Positions 50,253 to 63,422 of a stretch of DNA of 64,000 bases are shown here, piece after piece. The number at the start of each line of letters is the position of its first letter. Positions within the stretch are counted from its first letter, which is position 1. The notes under the pieces were generated by a model that ran no database searches, was not told the DNA's origin, and worked only from the letters and a program-made list of their open reading frames with translations. The position numbers and the translations under genes were made by a program. The stretch comes from Eledone cirrhosa (lineage: Eukaryota): contig OZ024745.1 in NCBI GenBank assembly GCA_964016885.1, forward strand, positions 107,942,001 through 108,006,000, read 5' to 3'.

Positions 50253-50331
50253 ATATATATATATATCCATATACACACATATATATATATATATATATAT
50301 ATTTTATATACACACCTGCACACACTTCAAG

Positions 50332-52236
50332 ATGATCAAGGATATTAAATTCCGTAGAGCCACCACACCATTCCAGGCCTACTTAAATGCCGAATTACGG
50401 AATATAAAAAAATCCCCAAATCTTTCTGTCTCCTCCGATAAAACCAAAAACGTTTATGAGGTAGACCCACAGACCTACAATAAGCTGGCAAAAAATACCA
50501 TCACGACCACCTACAAAAAGGTAATAGAAAGGGCACTGACTGAGACAAACGCGGCCGGAAAAGAAATCGCCAAGTCCCTTAAATTACACGACCGAACCGA
50601 ACCTTTAAGGGTAAAGACCCCGCACTTTACCCTGAAGGACCATAAGGGAAACTTCCTCAACAAACCATCAGTCAGACTTATCAACCCCACTCGTTCTGAC
50701 ATCGGCTCTATCAGTAAGAAGATCCTGGATAGAGTTCTACCATCATTGCGGGCAGCCTCACCACTTCCACTCTGGAGCAGAACATCTGAGGCAATATCAT
50801 GGTTCCAAAAATTACCCGACAAACACCACACTCGCTTCCTGCAACTCGACATAGAAAACTACTATGCCTCTATCTCGGAGCCCCTCCTGAAGGACGCAAT
50901 TAACTTTGCCAGGAATTTTACCACTATTACCGATGCTGAGCAAGTTGTTATCCTCCACGCTCGTAAGACCTTTCTATACCACGATGGATCTTACTGGATC
51001 AATAAGAAATCTCAGACCCCATTTGACGTTAGCATGGGGGCGAGTGACTCGGCTGAAATTAGCGACCTTGTGAGCCTGTACATCCTACATCACCTGAAGA
51101 ACCTCTTTACCGGCCTAACGGGAGGTTTATACCGAGACGACGGCCTCTTCGCCCTGCATAAGGTTAACCCCAGAACCACCGATGGGTTTCGGAAAAACTT
51201 TAGCTCTTTCTTCTCTAATCTAGGATTTAGTATAACTATAGAATCTAATTTGACTAGGGCCAACTTCTTAGATGTCACTCTCGACCTAGATACTTCCCTC
51301 TATTACCCGTACCACAAACCTAACGAGTCCCTTAAATATATTAATGTTAATTCAAACCACCCCCAAAACATCACTGATAACCTAGTAAAAAGCGTCTCTA
51401 TTAGAATATCTGGCCTCTCCGCCAACATAGATATTTTTAATGCATCTGCCTCCTACTACAATGACGCCCTCGCCCGTAGCGGATTTAAAGATAAGATAAC
51501 TTACCTAGAAACCACCGCAAGATTGCAGAGGAGGAATAGACATAGGCAGATTAGCTGGTACAACCCTCCCTTCAATAGAGAGGTATCTACTCCGATAGCT
51601 AGGATTTTCTTCACTTTGCTGAAATTACACTTCCCCATACAACATAGGTACCACACCATCTTTAATAAGAACACAATAAGACTGTCTTACTCCACCACAC
51701 CTAACCTAGCTAGGAATATAGCCAACCACAATTCTAAAAAATTAAATAAGCCAACCACCTCCGAACCCAATCCCCGGACTGGGGCTCTATGTAATTGCCT
51801 AAATAAGGAAGCATGCCCACTTGAAAACAAATGCCTCACAAATGATATCGTATACAAATGCGATGTCATCTCAGGCACCGAGGATTGCAAAAAAACTTAC
51901 ATCGGCATGATCTCCAACAACTTTAAGACCCGTTGGTATGCCCATACCCACTCCTTCAGAAGACCGGACAAATCAAATCAGACAACACTCGCCTCCTACG
52001 TTTGGGACCTCAAAAGGAACTCCACCCCCTTCACGCTTAAATGGAAAATACTCCAGAAAGCGCGCTCTTACAACGGAGGACACAAGGGCTGCGACCTTTG
52101 TATTTCAGAGAGCTACGAAATTTTATTCGCCAAGGGCCCGCTACTGAACAAACTCTCTGAACACTGCCCGAACTGCATTCACAAGAACTTTGCAACTTTC
52201 AAACACTTTAAGCCAGTGTTAAAGCCCGATGGCTAA
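50332..52236 (+). CDS. Penelope-like retroelement (Naiad-type) RT plus C-terminal GIY-YIG endonuclease, 5'-truncated but otherwise uninterrupted
   Basis: RT motifs [38 protein letters not shown] and NFLDVTLDL; linker WYNPPF; Cys cluster CNC..CP...C; GIY-YIG IVY..TYIG..FKTRW..H..E..LLNK. No in-frame stop in 634 aa. Confidence 0.9.
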   Translation: MIKDIKFRRATTPFQAYLNAELRNIKKSPNLSVSSDKTKNVYEVDPQTYNKLAKNTITTTYKKVIERALTETNAAGKEIAKSLKLHDRTEPLRVKTPHFTLKDHKGNFLNKPSVRLINPTRSDIGSISKKILDRVLPSLRAASPLPLWSRTSEAISWFQKLPDKHHTRFLQLDIENYYASISEPLLKDAINFARNFTTITDAEQVVILHARKTFLYHDGSYWINKKSQTPFDVSMGASDSAEISDLVSLYILHHLKNLFTGLTGGLYRDDGLFALHKVNPRTTDGFRKNFSSFFSNLGFSITIESNLTRANFLDVTLDLDTSLYYPYHKPNESLKYINVNSNHPQNITDNLVKSVSIRISGLSANIDIFNASASYYNDALARSGFKDKITYLETTARLQRRNRHRQISWYNPPFNREVSTPIARIFFTLLKLHFPIQHRYHTIFNKNTIRLSYSTTPNLARNIANHNSKKLNKPTTSEPNPRTGALCNCLNKEACPLENKCLTNDIVYKCDVISGTEDCKKTYIGMISNNFKTRWYAHTHSFRRPDKSNQTTLASYVWDLKRNSTPFTLKWKILQKARSYNGGHKGCDLCISESYEILFAKGPLLNKLSEHCPNCIHKNFATFKHFKPVLKPDG

Positions 52237-52523
52237 AAACGACCTCCCCCTATTGGCCCCTATACCTCCATCCCACCCTACCCCCACCCCTCCTCAACCT
52301 GTAATACGGCCACTATGGTTATGTGAGTACCTCTTTCCTATCTACATTTTCTGCCTGTAGAGGTGTTTTTATGTGCCTGCGTATATGCGTATATTTATTG
52401 AGTACTTATTTATTTGTATGTGTATATATTTGTGTGTATGTGTGTATATGTATGTGTATGTATATGTATATATGTATGTGTGTATTTGTGTTTTATGTAT
52501 GTATGTGTATGTATATATGTATA

Positions 52524-52558
<35 letters not shown>

Positions 52559-52711
52559 GTGTATGTATGTGTATGTGTATGTTTGTATATATGTATATGT
52601 ATGTATATATATACATATATATATATATGTATATATTTGTATGTGTGTATGTGTGTGTGTGTGTGTATATATATATGTGTGTGTGTGCAGGTGTGTATAT
52701 ATATATGTATA

Positions 52712-52787
<76 letters not shown>

Positions 52788-53085
52788 GATATATATGTGC
52801 GTGAGAGAGAGTGTGTGTATATATATGTGTGTGTGTGTGTGTGTGTATGTGTGTATGCGTGTATTTATATGTATATATATGTGTGTATATATGCGTATAT
52901 ATGTTGGTATATATGTGTATATTTATGTATATGTCTGTGTATGTATGTGTATGTATGTATATATATGGAGAGATATGTATATATATATTTATATATATGC
53001 ATGTGTATGTGTGTGTGTGTGTGTATATATATGTGTATATGTGTGTGTGTGTATATATGTGTGTGTATATGTATGTATGTGTATG

Positions 53086-53136
<51 letters not shown>

Positions 53137-53268
53137 ATATGTATGTATGAATATATATTTGTATATGTATGTATGTGTGTATGTATGTGTGTGTGTGTGT
53201 GTATATGTATATATGCGTATATATATTGTGTGTGTGTGTATGTGTATATATATGTGTATATGTATATT

Positions 53269-53313
<45 letters not shown>

Positions 53314-53316
53314 GTG

Positions 53317-53349
<33 letters not shown>

Positions 53350-53430
53350 GTGTGTGTATATATGTGCATGTATTTGTGTATATGTATGTATGTGTGTGTG
53401 TGTGTATGTATATATATATATATATATGTA

Positions 53431-53486
<56 letters not shown>

Positions 53487-53684
53487 GATAAATCTACCAA
53501 GAGTTTACGGTAGTGTCCAATCCGTATGAAGAACTCAATGTATTCCGAATATCATGGAAAGAAGAGATGTAATGAAAAATCACTTTCGGTGAAAGATAAA
53601 CGGTATACAGAGTCAAGATAAAATATTAAACAAATAATGAATAAAACAATGAAACAGTTCCTTATATTAAACAAAAAAAGTTCA

Positions 53685-53831
53685 TTATTTAACGATCGTT
53701 TCTAGGATATATATGTGTTAGAATTGGCATGCATATTCAACAGATCTATGTACAAAATTATACAAAATTATACAAACTATCAAGATTAAATATACATACC
53801 AAACACACATATACGCCGTCTTCAGAAATAA
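53685..53831 (-). ncRNA. Mirror-image type I hammerhead with long stem II
   Basis: Reverse complement of 53833-53979. Confidence 0.7.
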
Positions 53832-53832
53832 A

Positions 53833-53979
53833 TTATTTCTGAAGACGGCGTATATGTGTGTTTGGTATGTATATTTAATCTTGATAGTTTGTATAATTTT
53901 GTATAATTTTGTACATAGATCTGTTGAATATGCATGCCAATTCTAACACATATATATCCTAGAAACGATCGTTAAATAA
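53833..53979 (+). ncRNA. Type I hammerhead with very long stem II
   Basis: TTATTT-CTGAAGA-[~116-nt hairpin]-GAAA-CGATCG-TT-AAATAA; GUU site. Confidence 0.7.
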
Positions 53980-54098
53980 TGAACTTTTTTTGTTTAATAT
54001 AAGGAACTGTTTCATTGTTTTATTCATTATTTGTTTAATATTTTATATATATATATATATATATATGAATATATGTATGAATGGTGTATCTCTCTCTC

Positions 54099-54151
<53 letters not shown>

Positions 54152-54178
54152 CGTGCTTTTTCCTTATATATGTGTATA

Positions 54179-54211
<33 letters not shown>

Positions 54212-54266
54212 GTATGTATATGTGTATGTGTGTGTATGTATATGTATATATTTGTTTATGTATATA

Positions 54267-54313
<47 letters not shown>

Positions 54314-54438
54314 TTGTGTGTATGTGTGTGTATATGTATATATATATATATGTGTGTATATATATGTGTGTATTTTATATATATATATGTATATATATAT
54401 AAAAATATATATATATATATATATATATGTGTGTATAT

Positions 54439-54488
<50 letters not shown>

Positions 54489-54494
54489 ATATGG

Positions 54495-54551
<57 letters not shown>

Positions 54552-54674
54552 GTGTATATATATATGTATATATATATGTGTATATATGTATATGTATGTG
54601 TATATATATATGTATATGTATACACATGTATATCTGTGTGTATGTATGTATGTGTGTGAGTGTATATATATGTG

Positions 54675-54719
<45 letters not shown>

Positions 54720-54728
54720 GGGTGTGTG

Positions 54729-54763
<35 letters not shown>

Positions 54764-55336
54764 GTGTGTGTATATATATGTGTATATAAATATATTTATA
54801 TATGTGTGTGGGTTTTTTTTATGTGTGTATATGTGTATGTGTGTTTATGGTTGCGCGCGAGTGTGTGAGTGAGTGTGTTTTTTTGTGAATGTGTCTGTTG
54901 ATTTTTGGCATATAGTTGATTAGTTTAAGAGAAGTTTGAAGATAATTGTAAGATATGCACTCAGTATTTTGAATCTGTCTACAGAATTCTCTAAACCTTT
55001 GTCACTTAGTAGAACCTTAATGAATTTAGCTTTTAAAGAATCTCCCTTTCCTTTAATTCTATCTACCATGACTGACCCCCCACTGATCTTATAGACATCT
55101 GTTAGCTTAAGAGAAACTTAATGACAAGGAATGGTATGCCATCCGGAACCTGTTTATAGAATTCTGTCTGCCTTTGTTACTCTAAAAACAAAAATTAAAA
55201 ATAAACTATAGCTTTGTAGAATTAGCTTTTAATGAATTCCCTTTTCTATCAACCAATGACCTACACCCATCTCACTCCCCACCCTCTCCTACCACTTGTA
55301 GAGACCTATAAATACCATATTTATTTTTTGATACCC

Positions 55337-55387
55337 AGATTCCTGATGATTTCTAAAGAATGAAACAGTTCTAGTCCTGTAGAATCT
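55337..55387 (+). ncRNA. Type I hammerhead ribozyme in the PLE pLTR
   Basis: AGATTC-CTGATGA-tTTCTaaAGAAt-GAAA-CAGttctagtcCTG-TA-GAATCT; stems I, II and III pair; GUA cleavage triplet; stem II closing pair is a U-U mismatch. Confidence 0.75.
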
Positions 55388-55639
55388 CATCTATATTAAA
55401 ACTTTTATACTCTGCAATGTATTGAGTACCTTACTTACTGTGGTTACCTCCGATTCAACCCGGAATAACGTATATATATATATATATATATATATACCAG
55501 TGGCGAAGGGTAACCTGGAAAGCAGGGCATGCAGTCCAATCACTATGGCGGAAAGTGGGGCTGGACAGCCTTACCTCCCCCCCCCCCCTCACAATTCCCT
55601 CTAAATGACCCTCCCGGTCAAAGCCGCATGTAGTGTTAT

Positions 55640-55755
<116 letters not shown>

Positions 55756-56072
55756 CTTTTTATGTGTCTACGATTTAGCAAGCAGCCAAAATTCTGCTTG
55801 CTTTAACCGACGCTGTCGTGTGTGTGTGTGTGTGTGTGTCTGTGTGTCTGTGTGTCTGTGTGTGTGTGTGTGTTATCTTTTTATGTGTCTACGATTTAGT
55901 AAGCAGCCAAAATTCTGCTTGCTTCAACCGACGCAATTGATCAACTCAAGATTCTATAACGCATGCACTGCATGCGTTGCATGCACGCACCCATCGCCCC
56001 TGATATATACATATATATATGCACACACACATACACATGTGGCATATTATTATGGATGATCAATGTACTTAC

Positions 56073-56137
56073 CTAAATTTTAAATCTTATCACATGACTT
56101 TCAAGAGTAAAACCAAGATAACTCCACAGACATGGAT
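56073..56137 (-). other. Candidate non-coding (5' UTR) exon, possibly of the FATP gene
   Basis: Minus strand reads branch-like actaat, then tttctcattag|ATCC...TTTAG|gtaagt; unique sequence; stop codons in all three frames. Confidence 0.35.
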
Positions 56138-57799
56138 CTAATGAGAAATTAAAATTAGTAATAAATAAATAATTAATAACAAATTAGTTAAATACTTCCT
56201 GCTAATCCTTTAAGTACCATATTTCTAATAAAAGACATTGCTGATGATTTTCAAATCCTTTTGAAAATAGAAAGGATTTAGCAATATAATAAATTTTCTC
56301 ATTAGTAAGCTAGTATTTGGAATATATCTTAAAGGTTCTCTCAATGAATAATGATGGAAGATATTTAGCTAAATATAAACACTTCAAAATAAACAGCTTT
56401 CAATGATAGAACAAAGAGTGATTTCAGGCAGATTAATAGCAAAAGGATTAAGCTAACATGGCATCTTTTACACATTCACTCAACCTGCTAGAAATAATAA
56501 CCAAATCTACCACTAATCACATTTAACCATTTTGAAAACCCGAAGGACACAATGGATATATAATTACTGAAATATAAAGACATGATGGTCGAAGCTAGAA
56601 TGCTATTCTGTTTGATCACATTTCACCTGGGAAATAAACAACAACAACAAGAACTGCTTTCTTGTGAGAAATACTCCTTAGCCTGTGTCCTCAATGTCAC
56701 TCCTTCTCCAAGAAGGTGATTCGAGAGGGTTTAATATTTGGTTATTTTTCTATCAAGTTGAGAAATGATGTAGTGATAGCCTTATTAACTTATATACAAT
56801 GTAAAGCAGTATTGTTATTATTTAGCACCAGATGAGCCTTCACTGAACAGACCTATGATCAAAGGCATTTCACTCTCAACCATTTCACCTTTCTGAATAT
56901 TTAGGAATACAATTTTCAATGTATCTTACTCCTTTTAAAACAGCAGGATGTGAATTGAGGGTTTTTCATTTATTTCTAACAAATCTAACAACTACAGAGG
57001 AGTTCCTTTCTTCATAAATATGCAGCAAATGGCTTTTCTCACTCTCATGGTGATCACATATATATCATATAGCCACAGTTGCAATACAAACATTAAATTT
57101 CCTTCTAAGGATAGAAAGTACATTACACTCGAACAATTGTTTCTAAACATTTATTTCAATACACAGCAATACTGTTTCACATACATGCACACACATAATT
57201 TGTCTGTATTGTGTCCTGTCCTGTTTCCAGTCATAGTAACACTTTTTATTATTTGTTTGCATACTTGATTTGCTGCCCTCATTAAAAGACATTCACTTGT
57301 TGTCAGGCTTTATGATGTTGTATTGGTTCAGATGTATCTTTTCGGCAGCTTGTTCTAAGCCATTGTGCAATCTGGACTCAATATTATGCAATACCACTCT
57401 TATGTACAACATTGCATTGTGTAGAGGATAGTTGGTGAGGAAATTATTAGATGTATTTGTTCATTTGTGTTTAACGTTGCTGTGTATGTTTATATATGCA
57501 GGCTTTTTTTTAAACTCATAACGGCCATTATACACCCCACCCCCCGTCTGTCTTGCTCTATTCTCCCTCCTCACGTTTTCCACACCTTAGTGTCTTATAA
57601 AACCTATATCCTTTGCTAGCCTGTTTTCCTATCTTTATACTAGTAAGTAGAAAGGAAAACATGGCCCAGATCCCTTCAGGAAAATAGCCTTGCTCACAAT
57701 ACAGAAAACCAGTATGTAGGAATTCCATTCTATGTTCCAAATGCAAACTATGAGTACACAAGAGTTGTAGAGATCTCATTTGGTTTCCCTTTCCAGAAG

Positions 57800-58870
57800 A
57801 ATGTATAGTATGCACTCCTCTTTGATAGATGACCTTCACTCCTAAGACAGGTTTCAGAGAGTGCAACTTATATCAATATTATACCTGCTCAATTCTCTGC
57901 CAACAATAACAGTTCTATGTTCTGGATGATTCCCTGTCAAGAAGTGTTCTAATAATTGATGTAGCAACATTAAATGCAATTCTATTCTTTTGGAGATTCT
58001 TCTAAAAACTTCTATTCTTCTTGTTTTTTCCTGCCGGAGGTAGTTGACTAGCTTGATAGTGGAAAAGAATGTTTGGGTCACCTTTTCTAGACCCCTTCCA
58101 AGATTTGGGTGAGCAGTGTTCTCCTTTGAAAGGGCTCCACACAAGCCAGTTCCTTTTCCGAAATCTGGCAACGACATTAGATAAACCTTAAGCCACCTGT
58201 GTGTAGATTAGCAACTACAAACCTCCAACTCGTTATGTCTGTATACGTCGCTACTTCCACCTCACCACAGGACTTTGAAGCAATATCCTCACAAGGTGAA
58301 CAAAGAAGCATGTGTTTGTGTAACGTACATGCTGCTCTCTAAGTATCAACAGCCAGAATCCAATGACAAACAGATGAAAGATGATTGATAGCTTCATCAA
58401 CTGCAAGTTTTTCAGTGTCCTTCTTGCAGATAAAAAATAAGATTATTGATAGCTCTATCAAGATGCAGGGTTTTTTCAGGTAAATAAATAAACAGGATAA
58501 ATAGAGAAATAAATAAATAAATAAATAAATAAGATGAAATAAATAAATAAAAAAAGATAAAATAAATAAAGAAGATAAAATAAATAAAAAAGGTTTAAAC
58601 GTTTAAAAGTTTTTTTCAAAAATGCACCCACACACACATATATTTACCAGCCTACACAATATATATATATATGTACACACTATTGGATGGCTGTTGATTC
58701 TCACAAGTTCCTCTGCCCTTTGTCAGGTTTTGTTTTTCATCCTGCAGGGTGTCCAAAATCACCTTCCTCACCAAGCAAACTTGGTAGGGTTGTCAGTTTA
58801 GTCACAGACGACCCGACCATGCGATAGGTTGTACTGGGTGACATGTTACCAGTAACATTCAGAAGTGACC
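57800..58870 (-). mobile_element. Old RTE 5' region (start of APE domain and probable UTR)
   Basis: HPEHRTVIVGRELSRYNIDI resembles the RTE endonuclease N-terminus (RPERRTALV.REL.RYNIDIAALSET); boundaries approximate. Confidence 0.55.
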
Positions 58871-59267
58871 TGGCAGAAACATATAAACATACATACATGC
58901 ATGCTTAGTCAAAAGTGGAAGGGCAGCTCCTATGATGCTTTTCGAGGCCGCCTGTTCTGATAGGATTGAGTACTATATCCTTAGATCAGAGATCTAAGCT
59001 TGAATGGACTCCGATCGAAGAATACCATATGTAAATCAGAAACTACATCTTTTAATGTACTCTTCTTTTCTTCAAATAGTGGGATGTGATTAGAGGAAGG
59101 GGGATTCTAGCAAATCGAGCGAACGCATGGAAAGACCAATTATCCTAAATTAAATGTTGTTTACTAGGTTAGAGCGGAAAAAACCATGTACACACCCACA
59201 CATTTACACTAAACCGTCTTGAACTAGTTTTTTTAAATAATACACAAAATAGTTTCACGAAAGGTTA

Positions 59268-59745
59268 TCTATATATCTAAAACAGATAATGTCTGTCTGT
59301 CTGACTCCCTAAAACTCGAGAACCACCCAACCAATTGTTTTCAAACTTTACACATGTAATACTTATGGTTCTGTGAGCGTTTTGAAGAAAAAATATTTCA
59401 AATTTTCAATGCCCTAGGGACCGCATTAGGCGATTTAGCGATCTCCCTATCATTTTTAGTCTTTCTTTTTAGATAGTTACATAGATATAACGTTGCACCC
59501 TTATAATATCTGTCTGTATGTCTGGCTGTCTGCATTACGACATTATTACAGTATATGTGTGTGTATGTATATATGTATATATATTGTGTGTGTGTATAAA
59601 AATATAGTGTGTAATGTTTTTCGAAATATTTACTTCTGCGTTCACAGATTGATTTTTTTTAGTTTCAGAAGATCCCATTAAGGGTGAAAGCAGCGATTCT
59701 TCGCTTAAACTTTAATCAGTTACTTTAATCAGTTATTTTAATATG

Positions 59746-59781
<36 letters not shown>

Positions 59782-60072
59782 TATATTCGTGTACAGATAT
59801 TTTTGCATACACAATAACAAAATATAAACAGGCGTATTTATTTCACGAGGCTCGACAGCAACAAAAACAACAACAAAAAAGAGAGGGAACGCAATTATAT
59901 GTGTTGAAAAATCTTAATGGAAAATTATTTGCCTATTCACCCAAGGCGACTTCACTTTTTACTAGGACTTCTGCATCAATTGGTGAACATATAACGAAAC
60001 TGTTTCAGAAAGGAGGGATAAACATGCCAATTTATGTTTAGAATCCCGAGCAATGCCGGGCCATTCTGCTAG
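59268..60072 (+). mobile_element. Non-autonomous Helitron
   Basis: A|TCTATATA 5' end, (GTCT)n, 3' hairpin CCCGagcaatgcCGGG then CTAG|T. Confidence 0.8.
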
Positions 60073-60120
60073 TGGACAATAAAATAATTGTATAAAGAGA
60101 AGTACATATATATATATATA

Positions 60121-62568
60121 TGTGGAACAGTAAGGTGGAGGGGTCAATTAAGGCCAAAAAGCAGGCTTGGAAAGTATGGCGGGATGGGGGAAGTAGAGAG
60201 GACTATCAAGTGGCCAGGAGGGAAGCTAGGAGACAAGTGTACTTAGCAAGAAGGGAAGCTGAGGAAAGAAAGTTCAAGCATGTTCTACAACGCGATGACC
60301 AAAAACGTGAGGTGTTCAGGATTGCTAGGCAATGCGTCAAGGAAAACCGTGATATTGTCGGGGAGAAGTGTGTACTAAACGACGATGGCACACTTGCCAT
60401 CACCGACGCTGATAAGAAGGTAGCTTGGAAGTGTCACTATGAAAGGCTTCTAAATGAGGAGAATAATTGGGAGAAAGGCAGTCTCCCCCATATCGACCCA
60501 ATAGAGGGACCAGCAGTGTTAGTCGAGGGGAGTATAATAAGTAAGGCAATCAAGGATATGAAGACTGGTAAGGCGGCTGGGCCTTCGGAAATAGTTGCTG
60601 AGATGCTGAAGGCATCTGGCACGGTGGGACACACCATGGTCACCCGCATAGTTAACCAAGTCGTACAAAACGGGGTTGTTCCGAAGGACTGGCATAGCAG
60701 CATCATCGTTAACTGTTATAAGGGTAAAGGAGACGCCCTAGATAGGAGTAACTATAGAGGCATTAAATTAATCGACCAGGTCATGAAGGTCACGGAAAGA
60801 GTAATAGCGCAACTAATCAGAGAGAGAATTGACCTAGATGAAATGCAGTTCGGGTTTGTGTCAGGCAAAAGTACCACAGACGCTCTTTTCATAGTACGAC
60901 AACTACAAGAGAAGTACCTAGCTAAAGGTAAACCCCTCTACTTAGCTTTTGTCGACTTGGAGAAAGCCTTCGACAGAGTCCCCCGCTCCATTATCTGGTG
61001 GGCTCTTAGAAAACTAGGCGTTGACGAATGGCTTGTGAGGGCTATACAAGCCATGTATAAAGAAACAGTCAGCAAGGTTAGAATTAACAACGAATATAGT
61101 GAAGAGTTTAGCGTAAAAGTCGGCGTCCATCAGGGCTCTGTTCTCAGTCCACTACTATTTATTATTGCCCTTCAGGCCATAACAGAGGAGTTCAAGACAG
61201 GCTGCCCATGGGAACTCCTATACGCAGACGACCTGACACTCATAGCGGAATCAATGGCCGAGCTAGAGAAGAAATTCCAAACATGGAAGCACGGCCTAGA
61301 GTCAAAAGGACTTAAAATTAACCTGGCTAAGACCAAAGTACTAGTTTGTAGGAAAGAAAACAAGGCGGCGGTCCCTTCTGGGAAATGGTCGTGCTCGGTG
61401 TGTAGGAAAGGCGTAGGTAGAAACTCCATTTTATGTCCTAAATGCAAAGTATGGGTGCATAAAAGATGTAGTGGGATCACAGGTAGGCTAACTAAGAACA
61501 TAGATTTTACATGTGGCCGGTGCTCTGGTGCAATAAGTAGCAGCAAGTGCCCACAAACTACTAGCTCTTTCAATTGCGCAGAGGGTTCTATAGAAATAGT
61601 GGACAGCTTCCGTTACCTGGGCGATAAAATCAGCAGTGGGGGAGGGTGCTCTGAAAGTACTGTAGCTAGAGTCAGAACTGGTTGGAAAAAGTTCAGAGAG
61701 CTTATACCACTATTAGCTGCTAAAGGGTTCTCACTAAAAATGAAAGGCAGGTTGTACGATGCCTGCATACGAACAGCAATGCTGCATGGCAGTGAGACCT
61801 GGGCATTGTGTGCAGAGGATATACGCAGACTAGAGAGGAACGAAGCTTGCATGCTCCGCTGGATGTGTAACAGTAATATACGTGAACGGCAAAGCATAAA
61901 CGAACTAAGGAATAAATTAGAGATAAGAGGGATCAGATGTTGTTTACTCGAGAGAAGGCTACGTTGGTATGGACACGTGATGCGCATGAAAGTCGATAGC
62001 TGTATAACAAAGTGCAGGGCAATAAAGATAGACGGTAGTCACGGAATAGGCAGACCTAGAAAAACCTGGGACGAGCTGATAAACTCCGACATCACACACT
62101 TACACCTCTCCAAGACAATGTCACTGGACCGAGACCTTTGGCGGTACTCAGTAACAGAGAAGACCCGCCTTACCTAAATATATAGTAAAACCTACTCCAG
62201 CCAGTAGGCATCTCTAACAAATACACCCCGTCCCACCACCCCCACCCGATCCACACCACCCCGTTCTATGTAAAGTTATGTTGGTGCCGCGCCATCGAGG
62301 CCGAAACAAATGAGATCGTGTAGGTGTCACGACAAAAAAACACACAGTCCACGCTGTAATGTGGCCGTGTAGGCAACACGGTAAAAACCTCCCAGACCCA
62401 CACTGTAAATGTGGTTGGTGTTAGGAAGGGCATCCAACTGTAGAAAACCTGCCAGACAGTCCTATGCGAGCAAGACAATCACTCTTGCCTCAAGTGGGAC
62501 TACCCCCGTCCAAACCCATGCAAGCGTGGAACACGGACGTTAAACGTTGATGATGATGATGATGATGA
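60121..62568 (+). mobile_element. RTE/BovB-clade LINE, 5'-truncated; RT ORF 60120-62177 open, 3' UTR ending in (GAT)n, inserted in (TA)n
   Basis: NYRGIKL, QFGF, FVDLEKAFD, GVHQGSVLSP, LLYADD, a Cys-rich PHD-like insert (CSVC..CPKC..HKRC..CGRC) and RLRWYGHV. Confidence 0.95.
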
Positions 62569-62588
62569 TATATATATATATATATATA

Positions 62589-63420
62589 CAGGGTGTGGAC
62601 AATATTTGTTCGCAATTTTCAACTGCTAATTTTATGCAAATTTTTTTTTACTTCCGTTGTCACTCTTGTCTTCATAAAAACAGTGACTATATTTCCATCA
62701 TTTATTTTCAGAATAATTGATTATGAATAATTTTGAACCTCCAAATTTGTGGAAGAGACACGGAGTTCTTCTTGGAATCCGCGCCGGGAGGACAAATAAG
62801 GAAATTTCAGACTTTCTCAGCATCAGCAGGAGAATGGTGGAAAAGGTCAGAAAGGAATTGGAAGATTTAGGATTCGACTACGAAGCAACATCAGCGATGA
62901 AAACACATGATCGATGATCTGACGCCTTCAGAACGCCTGAGTTTGTCGCTGAAGTTCAGGATATCATCAACAATGAACCTAGCAAGTCAATGCGTTCCAT
63001 TGCAAGGGAGAAAGGCGTGGATGAAAAGCTCATTAGGCTGGTGGTACATGAAGACATTCGCTAAGTTTCATACAAGATGAGGAAAGGACAATTTCTGTCA
63101 AAGGCAATGCAAGAAAAGCGACTGAAGCACGCAAAGAAGCTGATCAACAAGTTGAAACACCCACTGGAGCCAGACATGCTGTGGTTTTTCTCTGACGAGA
63201 AAAACTTCTGTCAAGACCAGAAGGTCAACTCCCAGAACAACAAGTGGCTTGCTGTCTCATCCAAAGACATGCCCAGAGTCATGCAAACAAAGTTTCCAGT
63301 GACAACATTGGTCTTAGGTGTCGTCAGCAGTCACAGTGACGTCATGCCACCACACTTCTTCCCTGAGGGCGTCAAGCTAAACACCGATGGTTACATCCAC
63401 GTTCTGAGCGAGGTAGCTGT
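62589..63420 (+). mobile_element. Tc1/mariner (maT/DD37D-like) transposon relic, left end
   Basis: TA|CAGGGTG terminus; HTH region, KSMRSIARE and WFFSDEKNF (first catalytic D); two in-frame stops; interrupted by an RTE fragment. Confidence 0.85.
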
Positions 63421-63422
63421 CC

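Larger units (their letters stand above)
53486..54046. mobile_element. Non-autonomous foldback element in (TA)n with a perfect palindrome 53618-54046
   Basis: 214-bp arms around a 1-nt centre (53832); a homologous, oppositely oriented copy lies at 2630-3122. Confidence 0.85.
52410..54840. repeat. (TA)n/(TG)n compound microsatellite field, also at 49930-50310, 55643-55750, 26055-26215 and elsewhere
   Basis: Directly visible; it generates the spurious Y/I/C/V-rich ORFs. Confidence 0.97.
49390..55440 (+). mobile_element. Naiad-type PLE insertion: inverted partial pLTR (49390-50325), ORF, microsatellite-rich 3' region, 3' pLTR (~54400-55440)
   Basis: 49390-~50300 is the near-identical reverse complement of ~54400-55402. 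A 5' inverted pLTR with truncation is typical PLE architecture. Confidence 0.85.

Noticed and set aside
50332-52330. Selenoprotein / SECIS in the Naiad element
   Set aside because: No in-frame TGA; the ORF ends in TAA; no SECIS seen.
52323-54872. Many long ORFs rich in Y/I/C/V/M/H/T
   Set aside because: Translations of (TA)n/(TG)n microsatellites; the same applies at 211-481, 3747-4157, 49913-50335 and 55643-56059.
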